A stretch of 64,000 nucleotides of DNA from Candidatus Enterousia sp. (GCA_045648945.1 JAZROX010000045.1:26362-90361); one strand, 5' to 3'; positions 28,813 to 38,921 are shown, counted from the stretch's first letter. The notes: generated from the sequence alone by a model not told the origin. Numbers and translations are program-made.

Positions 28813-30855
28813 ATGTCTGATAATGTAAAAGAGGTTAAAATGCAGGTCGCGCCGACATTTATTTGTAATGTGATGAGCGTTAAAAAACGTTCTGGTGAAA
28901 CCGTCGCGTTCGAGGCCAAAAAGATTTATGATGCGATTAAAAAGGCGGCCGTGGCCACCAACGAAATATCTGATGAGCATGTTGTCCAAATCACAAACGA
29001 TGTTTTGACCGATTTGGACAATAATTTTATGGGCAAAACTCCGTCGGTCGAAGAGATCCAAGATACAGTGATTCGCAAATTGATGGATGCGCGCGCATAC
29101 AAAACGGCCGAGGCATATATTATATATCGTCAAAAGCATTCTGAAATTCGCAACGCAAATATCGATGCGGTCGATGTTATCGAAAGTTATGTTGGTGGTT
29201 CGAATTGGCGTATCAAGGAAAACGCAAATATTGGTTATTCTATTGGTGGTCTTATTTTGCGGACCAGTGAACGTGTCACCGCGGAATATTGGTTGAATAT
29301 GTTCCCCGAAGAGATTGCCGATGCGCATCGCAGTGCCGCGATTCATATCCACGACCTTGGGTGGTTGACCGGTTATTGCGCGGGTTGGTCACTTCGCGAA
29401 TTGTTGTACGAAGGTTTCAACGGTGTTCCGGGCTACCTGCAGTGCGAACCGGCAAAGCACATGGCGACGGCGATTTCGCACATGGTAAACTTCCTGGGTA
29501 CATTGCAAAACGAATTTGCCGGGGCCCAGGCGTTCTCGTCCGTGGATACATACCTGGCACCATATGTCCGCATTGATAAAATGTCATATTCAGATGTGAA
29601 AAATGCGATGCAGACATTGGTCTTTAATTGCGCGGTGCCGTGCCGTTGGGGAACACAGACACCGTTTATTAACTTTACATTCGATTGGACATGTCCAAAG
29701 GATTTGCGTGAACAACGCCCGTTTGTTGGGAAAAAACAGGTCGATTTCACCTATGGCGACCTGCAAGAAGAAATGGATATGATAAACAAGGCGTTTATCG
29801 AGGTTATGACCGAAGGCGATGCCCAGGGCCGTCCATTTACATTCCCGATTCCGACATATAATATCACGGACGATTTTCCGTGGAACCATCCGAACGTCAA
29901 ACCTTTGTTCGATTTGGCGGCAAAATACGGAATTCCGAATTTCCAGAATTTCTTGAATTCTGATTTGAATCCGACGGATGTTCGTTCTATGTGTTGCAGA
30001 CTGCGTCTTGACGTGCGCGAATTGCTGAAACGCGGTGGTGGATTGTTCGGTTCTGCGGAAAAAACCGGTTCGATCGGCGTTGTTACGATGAACCTGGCGC
30101 GCCTGGGCTATCGTCACAAGGGTGATCGCGAAGGCTTGTATCGCGAATTGGAAAGACTTATGAACATGGGGCGTGAAGTTTTGGAAATTAAACGTCGCGT
30201 TATATCCAAGCATATGGAAAATGGTTTGTATCCATTTACCCGTCGTTACCTGGGCAATTGGAATCATCACTTTTCCACAATTGGCGTGAACGGTGCGAAC
30301 GAAATGGTTTTGAACTTTACGGATGGCAAAGAAAACATTGCGACCCCGTTTGGTAAAAAATTCGTTTTGGATTTAATGGACTTTATGCGTGACAAATTGG
30401 CCACGTTCCAAGAAGAAACCGGAAATCTGTATAATCTTGAGGCGACACCGGCCGAAGGTTGTTCATATCGCTTTGCAAAAACCGATGTGAAAAACTTTCC
30501 GGATATTATAACCGCCGGCACGCGTGAGGCGCCGTATTATACGAATTCAACGCAATTACCGGTGAACTTTACCGATGACCCGTTTGTTGCACTGGAGCAC
30601 CAGGAAGAATTGCAACGCAAATACACGGGCGGCACAATGTTGCACCTGTATATGGGCGAACCGGTATCCAGTGGCGAAGCCGCACAAAAGATTGTCCGAA
30701 CAATCTTTGAAAACTACAAGATTCCGTACATGACACTTACCCCGACATTTTCAATATGTCCAAAGCATGGGTATTTGCCGGGTGCGTATGACTTTTGCCC
30801 AAAGTGCGATGCAGAATTGGGAATTTGTACCGAATGTGCATCAAACAAGGCGTAA
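28813..30855 (+). CDS. nrdD: Anaerobic ribonucleoside-triphosphate reductase
   Basis: ATP-cone-like N-terminus, class III RNR core, C-terminal Zn-ribbon CPKHGY...CPKCD...CTEC and a glycyl-radical region. ATG at 28813 follows a ggag RBS. Confidence 0.85.
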   Translation: MSDNVKEVKMQVAPTFICNVMSVKKRSGETVAFEAKKIYDAIKKAAVATNEISDEHVVQITNDVLTDLDNNFMGKTPSVEEIQDTVIRKLMDARAYKTAEAYIIYRQKHSEIRNANIDAVDVIESYVGGSNWRIKENANIGYSIGGLILRTSERVTAEYWLNMFPEEIADAHRSAAIHIHDLGWLTGYCAGWSLRELLYEGFNGVPGYLQCEPAKHMATAISHMVNFLGTLQNEFAGAQAFSSVDTYLAPYVRIDKMSYSDVKNAMQTLVFNCAVPCRWGTQTPFINFTFDWTCPKDLREQRPFVGKKQVDFTYGDLQEEMDMINKAFIEVMTEGDAQGRPFTFPIPTYNITDDFPWNHPNVKPLFDLAAKYGIPNFQNFLNSDLNPTDVRSMCCRLRLDVRELLKRGGGLFGSAEKTGSIGVVTMNLARLGYRHKGDREGLYRELERLMNMGREVLEIKRRVISKHMENGLYPFTRRYLGNWNHHFSTIGVNGANEMVLNFTDGKENIATPFGKKFVLDLMDFMRDKLATFQEETGNLYNLEATPAEGCSYRFAKTDVKNFPDIITAGTREAPYYTNSTQLPVNFTDDPFVALEHQEELQRKYTGGTMLHLYMGEPVSSGEAAQKIVRTIFENYKIPYMTLTPTFSICPKHGYLPGAYDFCPKCDAELGICTECASNKA

Positions 30856-30906
30856 AAAAATAAACAAATAAATTAACAATCAAAAAAAACAGGAAAGGAG
30901 AGTAAA

Positions 30907-31092
30907 ATGATTGCAAATACACAACAAAGAACACCATGTGAAAAATTCTCACGCAGTATGGGATTTATCCGTCCGGTATCTAACTTTAACATTGGGAAAT
31001 ATTCTGAATTCTGCGAACGGAAAACATTCACCGAAGCGAACAGTTTAACCGCCGGTGCACGCCACACCGAATTGATGAAAAAGGCCGCATAA
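30907..31092 (+). CDS. Small ORF between nrdD and nrdG
   Basis: 61 aa preceded by a very strong RBS aggaaaggagag. No known motif. Confidence 0.35.
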   Translation: MIANTQQRTPCEKFSRSMGFIRPVSNFNIGKYSEFCERKTFTEANSLTAGARHTELMKKAA

Positions 31093-31095
31093 GAA

Positions 31096-31797
31096 ATGAA
31101 CACGATTCAGATTGGTGGATTGGTATCATTCACAACGATTGATTATCCGGGCAAATTGGCGTGTGTGCTGTTTTTGGTTGGTTGTCCAATTCATTGTGTA
31201 TATTGTTCAAATCCCCATCTGATACCCGTGGGCGCCGGCGAATACGATCCCGAAAAGGTCTTTGATTGGTTAAAATCGCGTGTTGGGCGGTTAGAGGCAG
31301 TTGTCTTTTCGGGGGGCGAGGCATTAATGCAAGGCCCGGCTTTATTGGATTATATGCGCCGCGTGCGGGAATTGGGTTTTTCCATTGGTCTGCACACCAA
31401 TGGATTTTATCCGGAAAACCTGGCCGCGGCGTCGTCTTTGATCGATTGGGTTGGGATTGATTACAAGGCAACCAAGACAAATTATGAAAAATTGACGGGC
31501 GTAAATATTGCATACGACCGTTTAATTAAAAGTTTGGATACGTGGGCCGCAACCGGCAAACCGGCCGAGGTCCGCACGACATGCGATCCGCGCTTTGTGA
31601 CGCCGGATGATCTAAGAAAAATTGCGCATGATGTTGCGTCGCGTGGTTTTAAAAACTTTGCGGTGCAAAAATATATTCCGCACTTTGAAGACGACGCACA
31701 CGCGACAACGCCCGCAATGCGCAACGCATTTTTTAATGATAACGCGTTGCGCGATGAAATAAATTCCCTGTTTGAAACCGTAACCTGGCGGGAATAA
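31096..31797 (+). CDS. nrdG: Anaerobic RNR activating protein (radical SAM)
   Basis: CPIHCVYC radical-SAM CX3CX2C cluster. 233 aa. Confidence 0.8.
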   Translation: MNTIQIGGLVSFTTIDYPGKLACVLFLVGCPIHCVYCSNPHLIPVGAGEYDPEKVFDWLKSRVGRLEAVVFSGGEALMQGPALLDYMRRVRELGFSIGLHTNGFYPENLAAASSLIDWVGIDYKATKTNYEKLTGVNIAYDRLIKSLDTWAATGKPAEVRTTCDPRFVTPDDLRKIAHDVASRGFKNFAVQKYIPHFEDDAHATTPAMRNAFFNDNALRDEINSLFETVTWRE

Positions 31798-31906
31798 TCC
31801 CCTTCGCTGGCGAAGGGGACAGGCCACCAACGGTGGCGGGGTAGTGGCGTTGAAAAAAATTACGCAGCGAAATAAATTCCTTGTTTGAACCCGTTACCTG
31901 ACAGGA

Positions 31907-32866
31907 TTAATCATTCGGCATATATACCGGCGCATTTCCCATTGTAAAGAATCGATTTGCAACCGTATCGTACATGCCAATTGCATTATCATGCCGCGCC
32001 GGTACATAGTTATGAATCATAACATCGTTTTCATAAACAGTTATATACGCAATATCACCATCAAAAATAGAATGATTGGCATATTGTGTTGAAAAATCGC
32101 CTATAAACCATACGTATGCACTACTTGACAGCGTTCTGGTACCTGTATATTCAATTCCATTTATGGTTCCGTACATATTATCACGTGTTTTGGTGCGGTC
32201 CAATACATCTTCCATTGTGTACCATACTCCTGTAGTTATCGGAATAAGTTTCGATATATTGCCGCCCGCCGGATAATTCGGTACGGTTATTATATGTGGT
32301 GCCCAATAACCGTCGGCGGACACACCAAAAAACATGCCATTATCTGCACCAAAAATCGAGTTATATTTTGTGGTGGACAGGCTGTTAAACCGAAACTTTG
32401 CTTTGACTTTATATGTTTGCAGTGTTGGATACCAACCGTAATCTACTATCGCGTCTTTGGTTGATATGTGTGACAATGCCGTATATCCCGCGGGCATGTT
32501 TTGTTCCACAACACTGTTGATAGACACCAACCAACAATCCGTCGGGTCATTTGGGTTGTATTTTATACACGTGAATTCTGCGTCAATTGCATCCTGAACC
32601 CCGCTGTTAAAGTCACCGGCGGTGACCAAGGCGTCCGTTTGTTCGGCGTATTCGCCGGTCGAATCGTAAATATTTTTTGTGCCGACCGTGCCCGCGGTGC
32701 CGGTGTTGGTCAAAACCTGGGCTACGCCGTCATTCGCCGGAATTGCGTCTTGCTTTTGTGCGACCGCGGTGTCAACGAATGCCTTGGACGTCGCAACATT
32801 TTCGCCCGCCGCAAACACGTCACCAGCCATAAACCCACAAACCAAAAACGTTAAAATTTTTTTCAT
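31907..32866 (-). CDS. Secreted paralog-family protein A (conserved ~100-aa N-module plus beta-rich C-terminal domain)
   Basis: Signal peptide MKKILTFLVCGFMAGDVFA. N-module GENVATSKAFVD...KQDAIPA...VLTNTGTAGTVGTKNIYDS...CIKYNPNDPTDCWL is shared with the ORFs at 54289, 60209 and 60935. Confidence 0.6.
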   Translation of the reverse strand: MKKILTFLVCGFMAGDVFAAGENVATSKAFVDTAVAQKQDAIPANDGVAQVLTNTGTAGTVGTKNIYDSTGEYAEQTDALVTAGDFNSGVQDAIDAEFTCIKYNPNDPTDCWLVSINSVVEQNMPAGYTALSHISTKDAIVDYGWYPTLQTYKVKAKFRFNSLSTTKYNSIFGADNGMFFGVSADGYWAPHIITVPNYPAGGNISKLIPITTGVWYTMEDVLDRTKTRDNMYGTINGIEYTGTRTLSSSAYVWFIGDFSTQYANHSIFDGDIAYITVYENDVMIHNYVPARHDNAIGMYDTVANRFFTMGNAPVYMPND

Positions 32867-33201
32867 AATTTGCTTCCTTTGATTGAACAAAAATAACCGC
32901 CAAGAATCCTGACGGTCGGGGTGTTAGCAAATCACTCATGTTATTGATTCTGATGACCTTTACATATACGTCACCAGCACCCCGACATACGGGGGACTTT
33001 AATATTGCGGTGCAAAAACACGAAATTCGCAATGGATTACGATGCTTTGCACCGAACATGAGCGGGTCTGCTACGACCCCGAACACAGATTTCCATCTGG
33101 TTCAAGCGCATTGTATTAGAAAAAAATTTTTATGGCAAGTGCAAATTAGATTTTTATTTGCGTTTTGAAAAAAAATACTATATGATGGTGCCACGGTTCC
33201 A

Positions 33202-33295
33202 GGATGGTTGGCAGAGCGGTTGAATGCATCCGACTTGAAATCGGACAAGGTATGAAATAAGACCTTCGGGGGTTCAAATCCCTCACCATCCGCCA
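33202..33295 (+). tRNA. tRNA-Ser (anticodon UGA) with long variable arm
   Basis: Acceptor GGATGGT/ACCATCC, anticodon stem CCGA/TCGG with loop CTTGAAA, long extra arm, T-loop GGTTCAAATCC, discriminator G and encoded CCA. Confidence 0.85.
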
Positions 33296-33455
33296 GTAAA
33301 ATCGGGCATCCCGTGGTAATTCCACGGGATGTTCTTTTTCGCCCCGTTTCCGGCAGTTTTTATACACGACATTACCAGTATATATCATTGTTTTTACCAA
33401 CTATGCCATATTTTACCATATTTATATACCTTACCCAAAAACGCGATGCCACTTT
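33290..33455. repeat. Direct repeat copy 1: tRNA-Ser 3' end (last 6 nt), its terminator hairpin and ~130 bp downstream
   Basis: ccgccagtaaaatcgggcatcccgtggtaattccacgggatgttcttttt...attaccagtatatatcat recurs at 38922-39090 with ~90% identity over the first 100 bp, degenerating beyond. The terminator hairpin is at 33308-33339. Confidence 0.75.
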
Positions 33456-33570
33456 TGAGTGCTTTTTCTATTAAAACCAAACAAAAAAACAGTTTCTTGT
33501 TATGAAATTAGTTGACAAAAGTTTTTGATGTGTTATTTTATCGGTGATATAAATTCAAGGCGTTTATATT

Positions 33571-34692
33571 ATGTTGATTGATTATAAAAATTATGTTAGC
33601 TCTTTAATTCGTTTTTTTGCACAAAAAAAATGGGAATATTCCTTTTTAAATGGAGATGTTATTTTTATAAAAAACTATACTGATACTGTCACTAGAAAAA
33701 TTAAACCTGAATATTTATTGAACGACTCGCTGTTTTATTCAAAAGTTGTTGAAAGCTTTTCTGCTCTGAATATACCCGTCAAAATAATAAATTCAATAGA
33801 AAATAAAAATTCTGATACAGATTTTATAATTGCTGGATTACAATTAGCTAATAACTCTTTAAAGAAAGATATCGTGAATCACGAATCTTTTTACTCATTG
33901 CAACCAGTTGTGCGTTTAACAAAAACCTCCATGGGAGGACAAAACAATAATATGCTAACATCGTTTATAAACTTATGTTCGGTTGATATAAACACTTCCT
34001 TAGATGAATATATGCAACGTGTGGATCAATGGATTTCTGTTTTTTCGAACCTTTCTTTACATACAAGTGGCTTTAAATTGATAACCAAAAAAATCCAAAA
34101 TAATAGGTTTTATGATGGGGTACCTTTTTATAATGGATTAAAGTTAAAATTCGTGTATCAAAACGTTGATATAGCCGTTGCTAATTTGTTTACCGTTAAT
34201 TGTAAACAAGGTTCAATTCTGGTTTCTGATTTCGGTTCTAGCTATGAACGTGTGTTAGGATGTATCAATGGGAATGATAACTTTTTTAAACCCATATATC
34301 CTAGTTTTCAGGTTTTATATGGCAACTATGTTATAAACGATAGGTTGCGAACGGCAGTTCTGATGTGTATGTCAGGTATAACTCCTAGTGCACATGGCAA
34401 TGGACAAAAATTAAGGAATATAATAAAAGAGGCTACAACAGTACCAGAAATTAGTAGACTAAAAGAAGTCATAACTTATTATTATATGTATTATTCAAAG
34501 TTTATAAATTCTAAAATAGAGTTGCCGTATGTATCCAGTATGATAGAAAAAGAGATTGAACAACAGCAGAAAAAGATTATTTCTGGTAAATATGATAAAA
34601 AAAATGTTACTAAATCAATAGATAATGTTTGTAGCGAAATCATTTTGAAGCAAGTCTTGCAAAGACAATCTATGTTAACCAAATTTAAATAA
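33571..34692 (+). CDS. Hypothetical protein (AT-rich island gene 1)
   Basis: 373-aa ORF with island-type low-GC codon usage. No confident motif. Confidence 0.45.
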   Translation: MLIDYKNYVSSLIRFFAQKKWEYSFLNGDVIFIKNYTDTVTRKIKPEYLLNDSLFYSKVVESFSALNIPVKIINSIENKNSDTDFIIAGLQLANNSLKKDIVNHESFYSLQPVVRLTKTSMGGQNNNMLTSFINLCSVDINTSLDEYMQRVDQWISVFSNLSLHTSGFKLITKKIQNNRFYDGVPFYNGLKLKFVYQNVDIAVANLFTVNCKQGSILVSDFGSSYERVLGCINGNDNFFKPIYPSFQVLYGNYVINDRLRTAVLMCMSGITPSAHGNGQKLRNIIKEATTVPEISRLKEVITYYYMYYSKFINSKIELPYVSSMIEKEIEQQQKKIISGKYDKKNVTKSIDNVCSEIILKQVLQRQSMLTKFK

Positions 34693-34706
34693 TAAAAAGT
34701 TACATT

Positions 34707-36827
34707 ATGAATGTATTTGAGACCCCACAATTTTTTCGAGAAGAAATATTAAAACTTTCAAACTTAGTTAATCGTGAAGAAGATAAATATACTGGCAAGT
34801 CCTTAATCTGTGTTTTTTTTACATCCTATTGCGGTGTTGGTTGTCCTTTTTGCTTTTTTTCCAGCCCTTCTCCAATACATGGAGAAAATGTAGAAAATAA
34901 GTTTAATGCTGATGGAGTTGATAAATTTATAGAATTCGCTAACAGTGCGAATGTAGGATATCTGCAAATATCTGGTGGTGGTGAACCATTTTTAGAAAAA
35001 GAGGCTATTATAAAAAGTATAGAACATATCAATGCGGATAGAATAATTTTAGTAACCAGCGGCATATGGGCCTGTAATATTGAGAATGCTGAAAAATACC
35101 TATTAGATTTGAAAAATGCTTTAAGTCGTAGAACCAACAAAACAAGACTATCTATTAGATTAAGTGTCAGCAAAGATCATAATATTAAATTGAAAAATCG
35201 TCCTCTTTATAACTTATTACAATTATTTGAAAAAAAATATAAATATGACGAGGATTTCACATTACAGCTAAAGACCTTTGATAACGATGATACTTTGACA
35301 ACTTATCTGGACAAATTTAATCCTGGGTGCAAAATAGAATACATTGGTAAAAATTGTTCTGATGATGAAAATCATATCAAAGTTATGCCACAAAAATTCA
35401 GAGTAATTTTTGATTCTGGTTATTCAGTAATAATCGGTCAATCTAGAATTTTTAATTCCAATCTTAGACCAAATATGAATATTCCAAATTCTATTGCAAA
35501 TACAATTAATGTATACGATCAGGATACCTCACAAAGCCAGTCTGATTTTCCATCTCTAGTTTTTAATTCAAACGGAAAACCAGGAATAGATTGGATTATT
35601 GAGTACAATGGAAATGTTTGTGCATGGCAAAACCGTGTTCAAGACAATTTATTAAACATATATGAAGACAAGTATGATTATGTTGTGAATAAAACATTGT
35701 CAGATCCTTTGACTTTGTCTTTTATAGAAAAGGGCGCAAAATATAGAGAAAAAATCATACAAGAAGTTGCCCCGCACACCGTAAAATTGGTAAAGGCTGT
35801 TAGTATACGTGATTATGCTGGAACATTATTGTTTGAAGATGAAAAGACCAGACTATATTACACATTACGCGTTTTGCAAGATTACATGAAAGAAGGGAGA
35901 ATAAATCAAGAAATATTTAGGCAACTGCCTTCAGAGATTCGATCGATACTGCAATTAACACAACAAGATTTAGTCGCATTGTATAAAAAATCTAATTATT
36001 CAATATTATCACAAGAACTAAGCAAGAATCATAACGCACAAACTTTTGGGGATTTTTTAGAGTTGGTCAAACTAGGACACTATAAACTCAATGCGTATGA
36101 TATACAAAAAGCTATCAAATATTACAATTCCATAAGTGGTTGCCAGATAAGTAGTATAGACGAGATACCTCATTTGACGGGAATTGATGTCGAGAGACGC
36201 TTTACAAAAAGAGTAATGACAATGAAAAAATTAGGACAAAATACAACAGGTTTGAAACATATATACATATACCGTCACGGAGAAACTTTTTGGAATACAG
36301 AAGGTATTGTTAAAGGTCAAATGGATGATCTAAACGTAAGTTTTACTGATAAAGGGTTAGAACAAATAAATACAATTGCGCAAGATATGAAGTTTAATCA
36401 AATTGAAGAAATATATGCATCTGATTTGGCAAGAACTAAAAATACCGCTCTGTTAGCTAATACAGATTTACAGCTTCCATTATCTTTTCATTCTGAATTA
36501 CGCGCATTGAATATGGGAAAATATCAAGGAAAACCATTCAAAGATTTTATTAGTGATCCTGCTGTACAAACAGCTTTCATAAACCACGATATTTGCATTC
36601 CTGATGGTGAGAGCATTAATCAGTTAAATACTAGACTTTTTACATTTTTAAACAAAATTGTATCGCAAACCACAGCTAAAAATATCGCAATAATTATGCA
36701 TAGTGCAGCTATAAGCAACTTAAAAGCCTATATTACAAAAGAAAAATATGAAGATATAGAACGATGTGAAATTTTATATGCAAATAAAAAATTTACAGTA
36801 ATAAAAACTAGACAAAAGACGTATTAA
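34707..36827 (+). CDS. Radical SAM domain protein fused to a C-terminal histidine-phosphatase (PGM-branch) domain
   Basis: N-terminal CGVGCPFC (CX3CX2C) and GGGEPFL SAM-binding motif. C-terminal IYRHGETFWN (RHG catalytic motif) and IIMHSAA second His. 706 aa. Confidence 0.7.
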   Translation: MNVFETPQFFREEILKLSNLVNREEDKYTGKSLICVFFTSYCGVGCPFCFFSSPSPIHGENVENKFNADGVDKFIEFANSANVGYLQISGGGEPFLEKEAIIKSIEHINADRIILVTSGIWACNIENAEKYLLDLKNALSRRTNKTRLSIRLSVSKDHNIKLKNRPLYNLLQLFEKKYKYDEDFTLQLKTFDNDDTLTTYLDKFNPGCKIEYIGKNCSDDENHIKVMPQKFRVIFDSGYSVIIGQSRIFNSNLRPNMNIPNSIANTINVYDQDTSQSQSDFPSLVFNSNGKPGIDWIIEYNGNVCAWQNRVQDNLLNIYEDKYDYVVNKTLSDPLTLSFIEKGAKYREKIIQEVAPHTVKLVKAVSIRDYAGTLLFEDEKTRLYYTLRVLQDYMKEGRINQEIFRQLPSEIRSILQLTQQDLVALYKKSNYSILSQELSKNHNAQTFGDFLELVKLGHYKLNAYDIQKAIKYYNSISGCQISSIDEIPHLTGIDVERRFTKRVMTMKKLGQNTTGLKHIYIYRHGETFWNTEGIVKGQMDDLNVSFTDKGLEQINTIAQDMKFNQIEEIYASDLARTKNTALLANTDLQLPLSFHSELRALNMGKYQGKPFKDFISDPAVQTAFINHDICIPDGESINQLNTRLFTFLNKIVSQTTAKNIAIIMHSAAISNLKAYITKEKYEDIERCEILYANKKFTVIKTRQKTY

Positions 36828-36869
36828 ATGAGTATTATGTAGCTTGGTTAAGTAATAATCTAAGATAAG

Positions 36870-37586
36870 GTGTGTCCGATGAATGTATTATTGAACGGTG
36901 GTGGTTGCGCCGAAAAAACAAAAGAAATTTATACTTTTTTAAATAAAATCATAAACAATTCAAAACCTATATTGTGTATTCCCCTTGCCCGGGATAGAGA
37001 TGATAGTGGATATGAAAATTCTAAGGTTTGGTTGCAGAATGAATTAAATGACATTGATTATTCTGGTTTGGTTATGGCAGATTCATCCGATTATATATCA
37101 AAGATGAATTTAAATGATTTTGGATTGATTTACATTAGTGGGGGGAATACGTACAAATTATTGAAAGAATTAAAGGATACAGAAGCATTTAATAAAATAA
37201 GAGCCTATTTTCTTTCTGGTGGTATTATTTATGGATCTAGTGCCGGGGCGGCAATATTTGGCGCTTCTTTACGTTCCATAGCATATGCCGATAAAAACGA
37301 TGTTAAATTGCAAAATATTCAAGGATATGATTTGTTTTCCGGAATATCAATAGCCGCACACTATACTAATAAAAATGAAGAAAAAACTCAAATTGCAACA
37401 GAATACCTGATACAATTATCAAAAACTGAACCAGTTGTAGCTTTACCAGAAGAAGATACTATATATATACACGATGGTCTTGTTACCGTGTTTGGTTCTC
37501 GCGATTATTACATATTCAGGAATGGTGTTCGAAAAGCATTTACTACTGGCCAAACCATGCCAAAAGAAGTATTTTTGAATCTGTAA
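36870..37586 (+). CDS. Peptidase S51 family (dipeptidase E / cyanophycinase-like)
   Basis: ISGGNTYKL and GSSAGAAIFG nucleophile-Ser motifs typical of S51. 238 aa. Confidence 0.6.
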   Translation: MCPMNVLLNGGGCAEKTKEIYTFLNKIINNSKPILCIPLARDRDDSGYENSKVWLQNELNDIDYSGLVMADSSDYISKMNLNDFGLIYISGGNTYKLLKELKDTEAFNKIRAYFLSGGIIYGSSAGAAIFGASLRSIAYADKNDVKLQNIQGYDLFSGISIAAHYTNKNEEKTQIATEYLIQLSKTEPVVALPEEDTIYIHDGLVTVFGSRDYYIFRNGVRKAFTTGQTMPKEVFLNL

Positions 37587-37640
37587 ACATTACTGAATTG
37601 TTAAAATCAATTGATGTTGACAAATGTAAATTGCAGTTCT

Positions 37641-38525
37641 CTATTTTGTTGCCATTTTTTGGTTGCAGACTAATTGTCCGCATGCGCCTGCAATATCTTG
37701 TCCTTTGCTAATTCTAATAATTGTTTGTACACCTACGCTTTCCAATCTTTGTTTAAATATATTTGCTTTATCCTCTTTTGCACGAGACATTGAGATTGTT
37801 TGCGTTTCGTTATACAATAATATTTGAACTTTAAAATATTTAGGGTCAATCAATTTTATTAGGTCTGCTAAATGCTTTTCAGAATCGTTCACATTGTTTA
37901 TTAACATATAACTTAATGTCACTCTTTTATTGGTCTGAATTACATATTCTTTGCAAGCCCCCAACAGTGTGCTTATATCATATTTTTTATTAACAGGCAT
38001 CAGTTGTGAACGTTGGTTGTCGTAAGGAGAATGCAACGAAACAAAAAATTTGATGTTTTTTAATTCATTTTGTAGCGTGGCAAGCTCTGCTATTTTGTCT
38101 ACTATACCTACCGATGATATAGGAATTGTTTCCAAATTTGGGTCGTATTGGCTTATTCGTTTGCAAAAATGTTTCAAATTGATAAAATTATCTAGCGGTT
38201 CCCCCATTCCCATTACCACGGCACTATATTTAATATTTTCTGATTCTATATTTCTGTATATTAAATCAGACCTGATAAGTCTGATTTCATCCAGCATTTC
38301 ATTATGAGATAAGTTAGCATAAAATCCATTATGACCAGTTGCACAAAACAAGCAGTTCATTTTACAACCCGCTTGTGAAGATATACAAATATGGTATCTA
38401 TCGTACGGGATCCCATTTCTTTGGTTTATTCTGTAGTAAACAGCCTCGCACAAATTACCGAAATTTGTGCGAAATATGTACTTTATGCTTCCGTCTTGAG
38501 ATCTCAAAGAATTCAGAATTTTCAT
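37641..38525 (-). CDS. RlmN/Cfr-family radical SAM RNA methyltransferase homolog lacking the N-terminal accessory domain
   Basis: HICISSQAGCKMNCLFCATG, MGMGEPLDNF and C-terminal DIAGACGQL retain both mechanistic Cys of RlmN/Cfr. Only 294 aa (about 70 residues shorter at the N-terminus). Confidence 0.65.
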   Translation of the reverse strand: MKILNSLRSQDGSIKYIFRTNFGNLCEAVYYRINQRNGIPYDRYHICISSQAGCKMNCLFCATGHNGFYANLSHNEMLDEIRLIRSDLIYRNIESENIKYSAVVMGMGEPLDNFINLKHFCKRISQYDPNLETIPISSVGIVDKIAELATLQNELKNIKFFVSLHSPYDNQRSQLMPVNKKYDISTLLGACKEYVIQTNKRVTLSYMLINNVNDSEKHLADLIKLIDPKYFKVQILLYNETQTISMSRAKEDKANIFKQRLESVGVQTIIRISKGQDIAGACGQLVCNQKMATK

Positions 38526-38921
38526 ATAACAGACCCTTGCTAATTACATATTAGAATAAAAAAAACAAGTTTCAACCGGTTTTATATAAAAAACACAACA
38601 TTCAGCTTGTTATTAGAACACAGATATCCTGGTAATATACTTTGTATCAAATGTGGTGATTCTTGCATATAGACAAATTTTCCCAAATTTCGAACATCTT
38701 TTGAACCATAGGTAATATCTATTTGATATTACTTGATTGTTTGTAAAGACATTACTATCAAAAAGGTGCGTTTTATTTATCACTTTTTTTAACAATGTAA
38801 TCGGTGCTTTTCGCATAATTTTGGCTTTTGTGCACTACAAATATTGTTGGCTGTACTTGTTATAAAATCTATTTTTTCGTTCACACGGGCAAAACTTCCT
38901 GTTTTTCGAATACCTTTTGAG

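Noticed and set aside
33308-33339. Hairpin after tRNA-Ser as an independent regulatory element
   Set aside because: Most simply the tRNA's rho-independent terminator. Its duplication at 38939-38972 is part of the larger direct repeat, not a separate feature.
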